A stretch of DNA of 64,000 nucleotides from Candidatus Bathyarchaeota archaeon. Lineage in GTDB: Archaea > Thermoproteota > Bathyarchaeia > Bathyarchaeales > Bathycorpusculaceae. The notes below the pieces were generated by a model. That model was not told the DNA's origin. It ran no database searches and saw only the letters and a list, made by a program, of their open reading frames with translations. A program made the position numbers and the translations under genes. The stretch spans positions 32,001-96,000 of the forward strand of contig CAVZIW010000002.1 of assembly GCA_963775465.1 (NCBI GenBank), in the 5' to 3' direction. Shown in pieces: positions 48,975 to 59,356 of this stretch (positions within the stretch are counted from its first letter, which is position 1; each line of letters opens with the position of its first letter).

Positions 48975-49718
48975 CTACTTCCACTTTGTTAGTATTTCCT
49001 CCCTTCGGAAAGTCTTGGTGCCGACAAAGAAAAGAGCCACATCAACCGCTAAAAGTATACCTGAGATTATGAGCAGACCGTTTACGTCAAGGGCTATTAT
49101 GCTTGTCTCGCTGAGAAGGTATACGCCTAAAAGGGGAAAGAGTATAAAAATTCCAAAACTGTTAGCGCTACGTACATCATTAACTCGCGATGAAACAATG
49201 ACGCTGAACAGAACACTCATCACAATGGCGACCGGCATCAGAACCAAGAGCAAAGTGGCGATGTTCCAGTTTGGAAAATAATAGTATCCAAGCGTACTGA
49301 AAGTAACCTCATCAACACCCACCATGAAGAATACAGCAGCCGCATACATTGCCACTAAAGTCGGAATAACTGCGGAAACAGCTTTTCCAAGCAATATTTC
49401 TCCATCAGTAAGGGGCGTGGCTAGAAGTGGTTCCAGACTCTTCTCAACTTTCTCCCCCACTATACTGTAGGAGGCAATCCCTAAGGGAACATATGCAGCT
49501 CCTATGACTAAAAAGAAGGAAAAAGAGTTAAGCAAATTTGGAAGCACACTTGGCGCTGCGAGCCCGGGGCTCCCCCTTAATGCTAAATACTCCAGTATCG
49601 CCGGAAACATTACCGAGATAACAACAGGGAAAATAATAATTGAATACCAGACATTTTTAACTCGCCTAAATATCTTGAAATCTCTAGCTGCAATAGTCCA
49701 CACCTTCGAGAGTCGCAT
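48975..49718 (-). CDS. ABC-2 family permease
   Basis: SIVGEKVEKSLEPLLATP...ILLGK; 6 TM segments. Confidence 0.88.
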   Translation of the reverse strand: MRLSKVWTIAARDFKIFRRVKNVWYSIIIFPVVISVMFPAILEYLALRGSPGLAAPSVLPNLLNSFSFFLVIGAAYVPLGIASYSIVGEKVEKSLEPLLATPLTDGEILLGKAVSAVIPTLVAMYAAAVFFMVGVDEVTFSTLGYYYFPNWNIATLLLVLMPVAIVMSVLFSVIVSSRVNDVRSANSFGIFILFPLLGVYLLSETSIIALDVNGLLIISGILLAVDVALFFVGTKTFRREEILTKWK

Positions 49719-49720
49719 GT

Positions 49721-50647
49721 TTATTTCCTCACAAGTTTTAGATAGGTATCTTCCAAAGTTGAGCCCACAACATTGATTGATCTGACACGACCACCAGCCA
49801 ACACTATAGCCTCTACAACAGGCGAATTCTCCTTATCTGGGTCTTCAACAACAAATGTTACCGTGTCGCCCTCACTTGACAGGTTCTTGAGCGGCAGTTT
49901 TTTCAATGCCCTCAAAACAATATCGCTTGCTTGCTGTTCTAATCCGATAACAGTCTTCTTACCGCTAATTGACCTCTCAAGTTCCTGCGGAGTCCCGATT
50001 GCTCTAAGACTCGTATTTATTATTGCTACCCTGTCGCAGATTCTTTGTGCCTCGTCGAGGTTGTGGGTGTTTAGAAAGATTGTTTTCTTCTCTTTTTTTA
50101 GTTGAAGAATGAAATCTCGTACTGTTTTCGCAGCTTCAGGATCAAGATTTGCAGTGGGCTCGTCCATGAAAAGTACTTGTGGATCATGAATTAGAGCCCG
50201 GGCTATAGCGAGCTTTTGTTTCATGCCCTTGGAAAAGGTTCCAGCTAAAACGTTTCTCTTATCCCAAAGCCCTAACATCTCAAGGAATCGCTTATTGTTC
50301 TCTTTCCTTTGAGCATCGGAGCAGTCGTATATTTTTCCGTAAAAATCCAAGTTGTCGTAAGCAGTCAAGTGTTCAGTCAGCCCAACATTGTCGGGAACTA
50401 AACCGATAATTTTGCGGATTTTAATTGAGTCTTCCTTTTTTCCAATGTCATAGCCGCCTATGTTTGCGTTCCCACTAGTTTTTGAAATTAGGCAGCAAAA
50501 CATTCTAACGGTTGTGGTTTTTCCTGCGCCGTTAGGTCCGAGAAAACCGAAAACTTCGCCGTCATCAACATGAAGGGTGAGGTTGTCTACGGCTGCTAAA
50601 TCACCAAATTTTTTGGTTAGATTTTCAGTTTCAATCAGATGTATCAC
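49721..50647 (-). CDS. ABC exporter ATPase
   Basis: GPNGAGKTT, FSKGMKQKL, MDEPTANLDP. Confidence 0.92.
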   Translation of the reverse strand: MIHLIETENLTKKFGDLAAVDNLTLHVDDGEVFGFLGPNGAGKTTTVRMFCCLISKTSGNANIGGYDIGKKEDSIKIRKIIGLVPDNVGLTEHLTAYDNLDFYGKIYDCSDAQRKENNKRFLEMLGLWDKRNVLAGTFSKGMKQKLAIARALIHDPQVLFMDEPTANLDPEAAKTVRDFILQLKKEKKTIFLNTHNLDEAQRICDRVAIINTSLRAIGTPQELERSISGKKTVIGLEQQASDIVLRALKKLPLKNLSSEGDTVTFVVEDPDKENSPVVEAIVLAGGRVRSINVVGSTLEDTYLKLVRK

Positions 50648-50659
50648 TAAAAACAGTTG

Positions 50660-50676
50660 ATTAGATTTTATCTAAT
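50660..50676. promoter_or_regulatory. Inverted repeat ATTAGA-N5-TCTAAT (candidate operator)
   Basis: Directly upstream of the ABC ATPase start; shares its arms with the 52721 site. Confidence 0.4.
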
Positions 50677-50813
50677 TTTTATTTGCAGACACCTATATTT
50701 AAGTCATAGTAACTACGCATTAAAAATTATGGCTATGCTTTCGATTTAGTCGCACAAAATTTAACAGCAACGCTGGCAAATAGTTTCCAGAGTATTTCAT
50801 TGAGGTATCTGAG

Positions 50814-52442
50814 TTGAAAAGCGACGCAATCAAGAAGGGAATAGAAAAAGCACCTCACCGTGCGCTCTTCAAATCTTTAGGTTTAGAAGACGATGACATA
50901 GCAAAGCCATTAATCGGGATAGCTAACAGCTACACAAACATAGTCCCCGGACATATACATCTGCGCACGATAGGCGAAGCTGTAAAAGAAGGCGTTTTAT
51001 CCGCAGGTGGCACACCTTTTGAGTTCAACACTATCGCTGTTTGCGATGGTATAGCGATGGGACATGAAGGCATGCGCTATTCCCTGCCCTCAAGAGAAAT
51101 AATTGCTGACTCCGTGGAAATTATGCTTCAAGCCCACAGCTTAGATGGACTTGTTATGATTTCTAACTGCGACAAAATAACCCCTGGTATGCTTATGGCA
51201 GCTGCGCGAGTTAACATCCCAGCCATAATGGTAACAGGAGGACCAATGGCGGCAGGACGCCACCACGGCAAAAAAATAAGCTATTCTGCAATGCCTGAAG
51301 CACTCGGACAAGTAGCCGCTGGAAAAATGACCAAAGGCGAATTACTGGAGATGGAAGCAAACGCCTGTCCAGGATGTGGATCTTGCAGCGGTATGTTCAC
51401 AGCCAACACCATGGCATGCATGACTGAAGCATTAGGGTTATCATTGCCTTATTGTGCAACATCACTTGCAAACAGCGCATTCAAAGCCCGATTAGCTAGA
51501 GCCACAGGCAAACAAATCATCAAACTTGTCCACGACGACCTCAAACCATCACAAATTCTCACCAAACAAGCCTTCCAAAACGCTATCGCACTCGACATGG
51601 CACTCGGCGGCTCCACCAACACCACTTTGCACTTGCCAGCGATCGCTAAAGAAGCCGGAATAAGCCTGCCTCTGTCAACCTTTGACGAAATCGGCAGAAA
51701 AGTGCCGCACTTATGTAGCATGATTCCCAGCGGAATCTATGCGTTGGAAGACTTGGATGCAGCGGGTGGCGTCCCGGCTGTTATGCATGAACTCGGCAAT
51801 CTGCTTCACATTGAGTTACCAACTGTTTCTGGTAGGACAGTTGGCGAAAACATCAAAGACGCCAAGGTGCTCGACCACGAAGTTATCCACAGTCTTTCTA
51901 ACCCCGTTCACAAGGAAGGCGGCATAGCCATTCTCACAGGTAACCTCGCACCCAAAGGTAGCGTTATCAAAACCGCAGGCGTTTCACCCAATATGCAAAA
52001 ACACACAGGTCCAGCAAAAGTCTACGATTCAGAAAAAGACGCCCTAACCGCCATACGGGAAAAGGAAGTCAAATCTGGTGATGTTGTCGTTATTAGATAT
52101 GAGGGACCAAGAGGTGGACCCGGTATGCCTGAAATGTTATTTCCAACCGCAACAATCGCAGGTATGGGTTTAGCTGAAAGTGTTGCATTAATCACCGATG
52201 GACGCTTCTCAGGCGCCACTCGAGGTGGAAGCATTGGCCATGTTGCTCCAGAAGCATTTGATGGAGGACCAATAGCTGTCATCCAAAATGGCGACACCAT
52301 AACCATCGACATCCCCAACCGAGTGCTAAAAGTCGAATTGACTGATAACGAACTCAAAGCACGCTTAACCGCTTGGAAACCCAGACCACCCAAAATTAGC
52401 AAGGGTATTCTCTCAAGGTACCAGCCGACACTAACAGAATAA
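50814..52442 (+). CDS. ilvD: Dihydroxy-acid dehydratase
   Basis: PGHIHL, CDGIAMGH, CDKITPG, CSGMFTANTM, ITDGRFSG. Confidence 0.96.
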   Translation: MKSDAIKKGIEKAPHRALFKSLGLEDDDIAKPLIGIANSYTNIVPGHIHLRTIGEAVKEGVLSAGGTPFEFNTIAVCDGIAMGHEGMRYSLPSREIIADSVEIMLQAHSLDGLVMISNCDKITPGMLMAAARVNIPAIMVTGGPMAAGRHHGKKISYSAMPEALGQVAAGKMTKGELLEMEANACPGCGSCSGMFTANTMACMTEALGLSLPYCATSLANSAFKARLARATGKQIIKLVHDDLKPSQILTKQAFQNAIALDMALGGSTNTTLHLPAIAKEAGISLPLSTFDEIGRKVPHLCSMIPSGIYALEDLDAAGGVPAVMHELGNLLHIELPTVSGRTVGENIKDAKVLDHEVIHSLSNPVHKEGGIAILTGNLAPKGSVIKTAGVSPNMQKHTGPAKVYDSEKDALTAIREKEVKSGDVVVIRYEGPRGGPGMPEMLFPTATIAGMGLAESVALITDGRFSGATRGGSIGHVAPEAFDGGPIAVIQNGDTITIDIPNRVLKVELTDNELKARLTAWKPRPPKISKGILSRYQPTLTE

Positions 52443-52720
52443 GAACAAAAACTTCTGAAAGTGACTCGCTGGTTATGTCCCGCGGTCACAAATTCTTGTC
52501 GAGAATAATATTGGACTTTTTCTCCTCAAATCTTGCATGAGGTAAGGATAATAATTGAGCCGTTGCTAAAGTTTGGTGTTATCGTTTGGTATTTCATGTT
52601 CGTATTTGTTTAGGTTAGATTGATGGTATGCTAAAACTGCGCATTTCGGTTTCTGAAGAAATTTTTTGTTGCTTGACGTTAAAAACATACATAACACTGT
52701 GATAATCCTTAAATCCCTCT

Positions 52721-52736
52721 ATTAGATACGTCTAAT
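52721..52736. promoter_or_regulatory. Inverted repeat ATTAGA-N4-TCTAAT (candidate operator)
   Basis: Lies between the TATA-like TTAAAT (about 52709) and the ATG at 52748. Confidence 0.45.
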
Positions 52737-52747
52737 TTAGATATAAA

Positions 52748-53347
52748 ATGAAAAGAGTCAGCTTGTTCGTAATTATACTGATCACTTCTTTAGCAGCTCT
52801 CATAGCCGCAACCATAATAGGCTTTGAAATCTTTGCGTCTACCCAAAATCCATACAATTGGATGAGTCAAATGATAGGTAGCGGCGGAGATACTGGTGGG
52901 ATGGCAGGAATGATGGGAGGAACGACAACTGCGCCAGTAACCAGCTCATTCTTGTCTTACTTTGGTGCCATTTTCGCTGTACTAATCATGGTCACAATTA
53001 TTGGAATATTTGGAGTAGCTTACTATCTTATTTACCCTCAGATAAAAGTTGGAGTTGTGGGGAGCATACATACAGCGTCTAATCCTACCGCGCTAAATGG
53101 GAACGAAGCTAGTGCATACGATTCCGTAGCAAAAACGCTGACCGCTGAAGAACTCAAAGTCGTAGATGTACTTTCCACGCACAATGGTACATACCTGCAA
53201 AAATATATTAAAAGCGAAACAGGTCTTAGCCGTCTTAAGACTCACCGAATCGTTGCACGCCTCTCAGAACGTGGTATCGTTTCACTGGAAAAAACAGGTA
53301 ACACTAATCAAGTTTACCTTGCTAACTGGCTTAACCAAAAAGGCTGA
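52748..53347 (+). CDS. Membrane-anchored winged-HTH protein
   Basis: Two TM helices, a Gly/Met-rich linker, and C-terminal LT.EE..V...Q..I..ETGLSRLKTHRIVARL.ERGIV...K.G.TN.V. Confidence 0.8.
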   Translation: MKRVSLFVIILITSLAALIAATIIGFEIFASTQNPYNWMSQMIGSGGDTGGMAGMMGGTTTAPVTSSFLSYFGAIFAVLIMVTIIGIFGVAYYLIYPQIKVGVVGSIHTASNPTALNGNEASAYDSVAKTLTAEELKVVDVLSTHNGTYLQKYIKSETGLSRLKTHRIVARLSERGIVSLEKTGNTNQVYLANWLNQKG

Positions 53348-53555
53348 GTCAAAACCAGTATTCTTCTTTATTGTCAACGAAAAAATAGATTTCGCGCTGC
53401 CAATATTATAACAAAATAATATATTGATTAATAGTTGTGGTTGTGGGTGTACTACTGCAAAAACCTTTTAGAAAGTAGATCTTCTAATTCTAATTAGTGT
53501 TAGATTCTAAAGGGGTAACAATCTTTTAAGGTCAAAACCGAAAAAGTCGATTTGA

Positions 53556-53903
53556 ATGTTAGTTAACGGTATGAAGCTGAAAGTTCAGCTTATTCCACGA
53601 AGTAAGCTTGCAGCGGTTTGGAAAACCTTAAGCGAAAAGCCTTTTCCAAACGTAAAAGCGTTGAAGCTAAACGATAATGATTTTAATTTTGTCCTTCAAC
53701 ACAGGCATTGCATCGAAGACGACTTCCGAGAAATCGAGGAATGGGGAAGAATACTTTCTACCAATGGCACCGATGCCTGCGTCTTTAACGCTGACGAAAA
53801 TGAGACCGAGGACTTTGTTATCTTAATCAGAGAAAACCCCTATCATAGCTTAGAAGAACTCTTGTTTCATGAATTGTCGCATATTGCCCGAGGAGATCTA
53901 TAA
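53556..53903 (+). CDS. Hypothetical protein with C-terminal HExxH motif
   Basis: LFHELSHIARG zincin-like motif. Confidence 0.6.
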   Translation: MLVNGMKLKVQLIPRSKLAAVWKTLSEKPFPNVKALKLNDNDFNFVLQHRHCIEDDFREIEEWGRILSTNGTDACVFNADENETEDFVILIRENPYHSLEELLFHELSHIARGDL

Positions 53904-53904
53904 A

Positions 53905-54849
53905 TTACACATTTTTGAGGATTTCTTCAGCAAATAACTTCAGACTGTCGAAATTTGGCAGATCAGCAAAGTATAGCATAAAGTAAGTTACCCCAAGATC
54001 TAGGTAAGCCTGCAGCGGTTCTATGCATTCCTCAGGTGTCCCAATTAAAGTCGCCTTTTTAAAGTCAGTTAAAGTCGTTGCGTTAGGTTTTGCTTCTTTA
54101 ACTTTCGTAATTAGCTCTTTCTGATTTTCGGCAATTAGTACTTGCCCTGCAGGCCAACAGGATTTTTCAATCTTACTAAAATCTCTGCCAATCTCTTTGC
54201 AGTTTTTTTCTAAAATCCCAAGTTTATTTTGAAACGATTCAATAGATAAATTGCCCCAGTCAAACCTGTCAGCGTATCTTGCAGTTACTTTCAGAAGTTT
54301 TTCTCCATTTCCCCCAATAATGATAGGTGGATTGGGCTTCTGAAGAGGTTTTGGTTCGCAAACCGCATCTTTAAGCGAGTAATGTTTACTTTGGTAGCTT
54401 GTTTTACCCTCTCTCCATAATTGAGTTATTACTTCGAGGGCTTGACCTAAAATTTCTATCCTCTCACTATGTTTCGGAAAACCAAAACCGTAAGCCACAT
54501 GCTCAGCTTTTTGTATCCCTGCCCCAATTCCAAACTCTAATCTGCCGCCCGAGATGGCATCAAGGGTAGCGGCTGATTTTGCTACTAACACGGGGTTTCT
54601 ATGGCTAATGCAGGAAACCATTGTTCCTAACCTGATTCTACTTGTCTTAGCGGCAAGTGCAGAGAGGGTTGTCCAAGACTCGAATATAGACCAATGATCA
54701 TACATTAAATGGTCATCTAGCCAAATAGAATCATAATTCAAACGTTCGCATTCTAAAACTACGTCTAAGAGTTGTTGGTAGTGTGCTGTTGGGTTTTGAG
54801 TTTGAAAAGCGTAGAAAGGTAAAAACACGCCGAATTTGATTTTGCTCAC
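53905..54849 (-). CDS. LLM-class (luciferase-like) flavin/F420-dependent oxidoreductase
   Basis: SIWLDDHL, TTLSALAAKTSRIRLGT, LDAISGGRLEFGIGAG, PKPLQ.P.PPIIIGG. Confidence 0.9.
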   Translation of the reverse strand: MSKIKFGVFLPFYAFQTQNPTAHYQQLLDVVLECERLNYDSIWLDDHLMYDHWSIFESWTTLSALAAKTSRIRLGTMVSCISHRNPVLVAKSAATLDAISGGRLEFGIGAGIQKAEHVAYGFGFPKHSERIEILGQALEVITQLWREGKTSYQSKHYSLKDAVCEPKPLQKPNPPIIIGGNGEKLLKVTARYADRFDWGNLSIESFQNKLGILEKNCKEIGRDFSKIEKSCWPAGQVLIAENQKELITKVKEAKPNATTLTDFKKATLIGTPEECIEPLQAYLDLGVTYFMLYFADLPNFDSLKLFAEEILKNV

Positions 54850-54903
54850 GCCAATCCTCTTATTGTTTAGAAAATAGGCAGGTTTAGAGTATTAGGCTTT
54901 AGG

Positions 54904-56379
54904 TTACTTTTCGCTTCGGACTTCTTTACCTCTAACAAATGACAGAATTCCTGCAATTGTTAGTATTATAATTGATGCGTAGAAGGCGTTGTGTATTCCT
55001 CCTAGGAAAGCGTCACTGATACTGCCTGTTAGGTTAGAGGTTCCTATGAAAACTTCTAAAGCAACTTGTCGTGGAACAGAAGCAGCTGCAACTGAAATAG
55101 CTAAAACGTAGCTTCCGACTAGCCCGATGTTTTGTAATGTTCTAAGTAGGCCGGAGATGCTGCCAAATGAGCCAAATCTTGCGTTTGCCATAACAGCGCT
55201 GTTATTGGCGGGGAAGAACATGGAGGTTCCTATACCTGAAACCGCTGATGCCACCAGTACTATCCAGAGCGGAGAAGTAGTTGTCATTGTTAAGTAGATA
55301 AGAATGGCAGCGCCTAGGAAGAAAACTCCCGAAGTAGCGATATCTCTTGAGCCATATTTGTCGCTGAGTCTCCCCATGACTGGTCCTAAAAAGCTACCTG
55401 CAACATAACCTGGCACCAGAAGCAAAGACGCATCCAAAGGTGAAAGTCCTCTTATGCCCTGCAAATACATTATAATTAAGAAGACAACGCTGAAATAGCC
55501 TACACTAAGGAAAAATGCGGAGAAAACTGCATTCCGCAGAACTTTGATTTTAAAGGCTTCAAAATCAATTAGAGAATTCTTTGAACGATGATCATACCAT
55601 AAAAACACTGGAATAAGCAGTGCACCAACTAAAGCGATAACGAAACTGAAAACGCTAAATCCTTGCGCCGCAAAATCGACCAAACCCAAAGAAAGCAAAA
55701 CTAACGCTGTTGCAAGCAGCCCCATGCTCAATAGGTTTAGTTTAGCGTCTGATTTTTGATTATCTTTTATGTATTTTATGCCGACGGCAGTGGCAACTAA
55801 TCCGATTGGGATGTTTATGAAGAAAATAAACTGCCAATTTACAAATGTGGCTATTACTCCGCCTAGCACTATGCCAAGCATGGCTCCGCTTGTGAAGCCC
55901 AAAGCATTATATCCATATGCTCTACCTCGGACTTTGGGTGGAAAAACGTCGGCTATAATGGCTCCGCTGGTTGCTTGCATTATAGCGCCTCCAGTTGCTT
56001 GTACTACTCTAAAAGCGATCAGCATGTAGATGTGCGTAGAAAAACCACATAATGCCGAGCCCACAGTAAAGATCACAAAGCCAAGGTTGAAGATTTTACT
56101 TCTGCCGTATATATCGCCGATTCTACCCATCTGTGTAGTGGCTACCGCAATTACAAGCAAATAAGCTAGAATTATCCAAATAGTTGTAGCAAGGTCAGAA
56201 TGGAGGCTGTCATTAATTACCGGAAATGCCAACAAAACGATGGTGCTGTCAAGCGCACCCATCATGGTGCCGAGCACAACAATTGCCAATATTATTCGAC
56301 TATGCGGTTTAGAAAAATTAGCAACAGGTTTGTTCTGCGGTTGACCTTGACTCATCAAGTCCCTTCTAATAAAAAACAA
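54904..56379 (-). CDS. MFS transporter, DHA2 (14-TM) family
   Basis: LDSTIV, GRIGDIYGR, WQFIFFINIPIG. Confidence 0.92.
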   Translation of the reverse strand: MFFIRRDLMSQGQPQNKPVANFSKPHSRIILAIVVLGTMMGALDSTIVLLAFPVINDSLHSDLATTIWIILAYLLVIAVATTQMGRIGDIYGRSKIFNLGFVIFTVGSALCGFSTHIYMLIAFRVVQATGGAIMQATSGAIIADVFPPKVRGRAYGYNALGFTSGAMLGIVLGGVIATFVNWQFIFFINIPIGLVATAVGIKYIKDNQKSDAKLNLLSMGLLATALVLLSLGLVDFAAQGFSVFSFVIALVGALLIPVFLWYDHRSKNSLIDFEAFKIKVLRNAVFSAFFLSVGYFSVVFLIIMYLQGIRGLSPLDASLLLVPGYVAGSFLGPVMGRLSDKYGSRDIATSGVFFLGAAILIYLTMTTTSPLWIVLVASAVSGIGTSMFFPANNSAVMANARFGSFGSISGLLRTLQNIGLVGSYVLAISVAAASVPRQVALEVFIGTSNLTGSISDAFLGGIHNAFYASIIILTIAGILSFVRGKEVRSEK

Positions 56380-56522
56380 GACAAGTTCTTCCTTAATATA
56401 AACAAACCCATAATGAAAAAATCTTTTTTCCTACCATCGTGATTACTTAAAGCAAGAAGATAAGTAATTATAATTCATAGACCCTATTTTTATAAGTCCT
56501 ACCAGAAGTAAGTGGTTTTCGA

Positions 56523-57035
56523 ATGCCTACCAAACCGCCCTCCATCTTCGAATTGATGAACGAAGAAAGCGAGAGCAAGGTCAGCGAAGAAGAAGAACGG
56601 CGACAGCGCCGAAAAGAACTCCTTGAACCCACAGGGATAAAAGAACTATTCAAAGAAGGCAAAATTGACATAAACAAATTTACCTGTGTGGGAGGACAAT
56701 GTAAACTCTGCATCAAAGCTTGCCCAACAAACGCACTTTATTGGAGCACGGGGCAAGTCGGCATCATCGAAGATTTATGTGTTTATTGCGGAGCTTGCGT
56801 GCTTAACTGCATGGTAGATGACTGCATAAAAGTCGAACGCAAACGCGAAGACGGAAAAACCGAATGTTTCAGCAAACCCAAAGACGTAATAAAATTAGCA
56901 GAAAAACTCAATAGCCAAAAACGTTTTGAGCGAGTAAAAACAAATGCAGCAACATTACGACGAAGCTACAAAGAAGACAATGTCAAGAAATATCAAAATC
57001 TGGAGAAACTCTACTCGGACCAAAGTAAAATTTAG
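56523..57035 (+). CDS. 4Fe-4S dicluster ferredoxin-like protein
   Basis: CVGGQCKLCIKACP and CVYCGACVLNC. Confidence 0.8.
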   Translation: MPTKPPSIFELMNEESESKVSEEEERRQRRKELLEPTGIKELFKEGKIDINKFTCVGGQCKLCIKACPTNALYWSTGQVGIIEDLCVYCGACVLNCMVDDCIKVERKREDGKTECFSKPKDVIKLAEKLNSQKRFERVKTNAATLRRSYKEDNVKKYQNLEKLYSDQSKI

Positions 57036-57123
57036 GGTATTGTTTGATTTAGAAATGGAAAAGCCGATAGGAACGCTGATAAGTAAAAACATTATTTTAA
57101 CAAAAACACAGGAAGTCAGATCC

Positions 57124-58140
57124 ATGAGTAAAACTTACAATATAGCTGCACTCAAAGGCGACGGCATTGGACCTGAAGTATCCGAAGCCACCGTTAAAGT
57201 GCTTGAAGCAGTTGAAAAAAAATCCAACATCAAACTTAACATTCTCTATGGTGAAGCAGGAGCCCACTGCATACCCCAGTTTGGAACGAATTTGCCTAAA
57301 GAAACAGTGGAGCTGATAAAACAGACAAACGCCTGCCTCAAAGGACCCATGACTACCCCCGAGGAACCGGGCGCTCCAGTCAGCGTAGCAGTTACCCTGC
57401 GACGAATGTTTAACTTATATGCTAACGTTCGTCCATGTCGCACTTTCCCAAACGTTGAATCCCTCAAACCCAACATTGACCTAGTTGTTGTCCGCGAAAA
57501 CACAGAGGGCATGTACTCTGGTATGGAATCGGTTTTATCCCCCGGTGTCGGCGTTGCCCTACGAATAATTACCCATGAAGCCTCGCTAAAAGTCGCTGAC
57601 TTCGCCTTTAAACTTTCCATGCAACGCAGAAAACACCTCACATACGTTCACAAAGGAAACATTCTTCGTGTAACTGATGGCATCTTCAAAGATGCAGTCA
57701 AAGAAGCACAGAAGAATTATCCTGACGTAGACGTCGATGACTTACATATTGACGCAGCCACGATGCAACTTATCAAACAACCTGAAAAATACGATGTCAT
57801 GGTAACCACAAACCTCTTCGGCGACATAATCAGTGATGAAGCAGCTCAAGTAACTGGCAGCTTAGGATTGGCAGCAGGCGCAAACATCGGACCTTCCTAC
57901 GGCATGTTTGAACCTGTTCACGGCTCCGCACCAAAATACACGGGCATGAACAGGGTGAACCCCATCGCAACCATAATGGCTGGTGCAATGATGCTGGATT
58001 ATCTCGGCGAAAAAGCAGCCTCAAAGAAAATAGAGGATGCAGTAATAGCTGTGCTTACCGAAGGCAAAGTTAGAACACCCGACTTAGGCGGCTCAGCTAA
58101 AGGCACCGAAATAACAGACGCTATCGTACAAAAAATTTAA
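57124..58140 (+). CDS. Isocitrate/isopropylmalate/homoisocitrate dehydrogenase family protein
   Basis: GDGIGPEV, RENTEG.Y, HKGN, NLFGDIISD, EPVHGSAP; start MSKTY at 57124. Confidence 0.88.
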   Translation: MSKTYNIAALKGDGIGPEVSEATVKVLEAVEKKSNIKLNILYGEAGAHCIPQFGTNLPKETVELIKQTNACLKGPMTTPEEPGAPVSVAVTLRRMFNLYANVRPCRTFPNVESLKPNIDLVVVRENTEGMYSGMESVLSPGVGVALRIITHEASLKVADFAFKLSMQRRKHLTYVHKGNILRVTDGIFKDAVKEAQKNYPDVDVDDLHIDAATMQLIKQPEKYDVMVTTNLFGDIISDEAAQVTGSLGLAAGANIGPSYGMFEPVHGSAPKYTGMNRVNPIATIMAGAMMLDYLGEKAASKKIEDAVIAVLTEGKVRTPDLGGSAKGTEITDAIVQKI

Positions 58141-58154
58141 CAACCATTCTCTTT

Positions 58155-59009
58155 TTATTTTAATACATCGACAAAGGTGTTTGAGTCCACGTGAACTTCT
58201 AGCATGCCATTTTGGGTTTCCTTTACTCTTGCATTAACTAATAGCAATCGCGGGCTTTCTCTAAGCAAAACTTCTATCTCAGCAACCTTTTCATTCCAAG
58301 CAACCAACGTAACTTCACCTGAGTCATCCCTGAAGGCTAAACGCATAACTACTCCATCACTATCATCGCTTCGTGAAAATGCTTTCTTGCCTAAAACCGC
58401 TTTCACTGCTCCTGAGAGGTGTACTTTTCCTGAGGTGCTACTCAAAGACTGAATTTTAGAGGCAAACTTTTTGATCGAAGAATAATCAAGGTTTTGAGCT
58501 GGACCTTTGATTTCAATTTGGCTTTTACTGCCCATATGCAGTTCAACTGCGCCGGTGCAATCTTGCTTTGTGTAGCCGTGCGTTAGTTTAATTGTTTGTC
58601 CCGCTATAAGTTCGCCCTGCTCAACCAACTCAACTTTTGAATCCCACAAGACTACCCGCAAAATCCCATTGCTATCCATCAACATAACAGTAGCTAACTT
58701 TCCAGATTTTTCAGCACCTTGAAAGGACTTGACTGGGTAAATTGCAACTATTTGTCCTTCAACCGTAACATTGTTCAAACCTGCTAGCAATTGATTAGTT
58801 TGCAAAATTCCTTTATTGGCAACGTGATTTTGCTGGACTTGAACGCCGAATTTAGCAGCAATCAAACGCAAAAGTGTTTCATCTCTCAATAGACCGCCCG
58901 TCCGGCTTCTTTCTGCTTTGAGTCTTTCTTGAATTTGTTCAAGGCTGATTTGAGGATTTTGACTTTGGATTTCTTTGACGAGGTCTTGGGTTGTCATTTG
59001 CGTCGACAC
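58155..59009 (-). CDS. Replication protein A-like OB-fold ssDNA-binding protein
   Basis: Two OB folds (D..G.LRVVLWD, DDSGEVTLVAWN) after an N-terminal GGLL.DE..L.LIA domain. Confidence 0.82.
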   Translation of the reverse strand: MSTQMTTQDLVKEIQSQNPQISLEQIQERLKAERSRTGGLLRDETLLRLIAAKFGVQVQQNHVANKGILQTNQLLAGLNNVTVEGQIVAIYPVKSFQGAEKSGKLATVMLMDSNGILRVVLWDSKVELVEQGELIAGQTIKLTHGYTKQDCTGAVELHMGSKSQIEIKGPAQNLDYSSIKKFASKIQSLSSTSGKVHLSGAVKAVLGKKAFSRSDDSDGVVMRLAFRDDSGEVTLVAWNEKVAEIEVLLRESPRLLLVNARVKETQNGMLEVHVDSNTFVDVLK

Positions 59010-59104
59010 GAATAGAGCGATAAGGGTTTTTAACTTTTAGCTTAATTACAACTTTTAACACTAATTATTGAATAAAGATAGATGGGTAACCAGGGGAAAC
59101 GAGC

Positions 59105-59356
59105 TTGGACGCATCAATATTTTACGCACTCGGCATTACACTTTTCATTGTCGGAGTAATAGTCATAATTACAGCCATTATACTCGCATCCTCCGCTAAC
59201 CCAAAGAAAGGAAAAATGAAAGGTGCAGGTGTAATCATGATTGGTCCAATTCCCATAATTTTTGGCACAGACAAGAAATCTGTAAAGATGGCGTTTGCTT
59301 TGGCGCTTGCCATGATCATGTTAATAGTTATAATAATATATTGGTTGATGAGGTAG
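59105..59356 (+). CDS. DUF131 (TIGR00304-like) membrane protein
   Basis: GAGVIMIGPIPIIFGTD motif. Confidence 0.85.
   Translation: MDASIFYALGITLFIVGVIVIITAIILASSANPKKGKMKGAGVIMIGPIPIIFGTDKKSVKMAFALALAMIMLIVIIIYWLMR

Noticed and set aside
50729-50749. Tiny uORF MAMLSI upstream of ilvD
   Set aside because: Too short, with no SD or hairpin, and it lies upstream of the likely TATA box; consistent with chance.
52548-52613. Hydrophobic 21-codon frame after GAGGT (IIIEPLLKFGVIVWYFMFVFV)
   Set aside because: It needs a non-canonical or late start, and G/T-rich DNA yields hydrophobic frames by chance.
56944-57123. N-terminal extension of the dehydrogenase
   Set aside because: It overlaps the ferredoxin gene and promoter region; family similarity starts at 57124.
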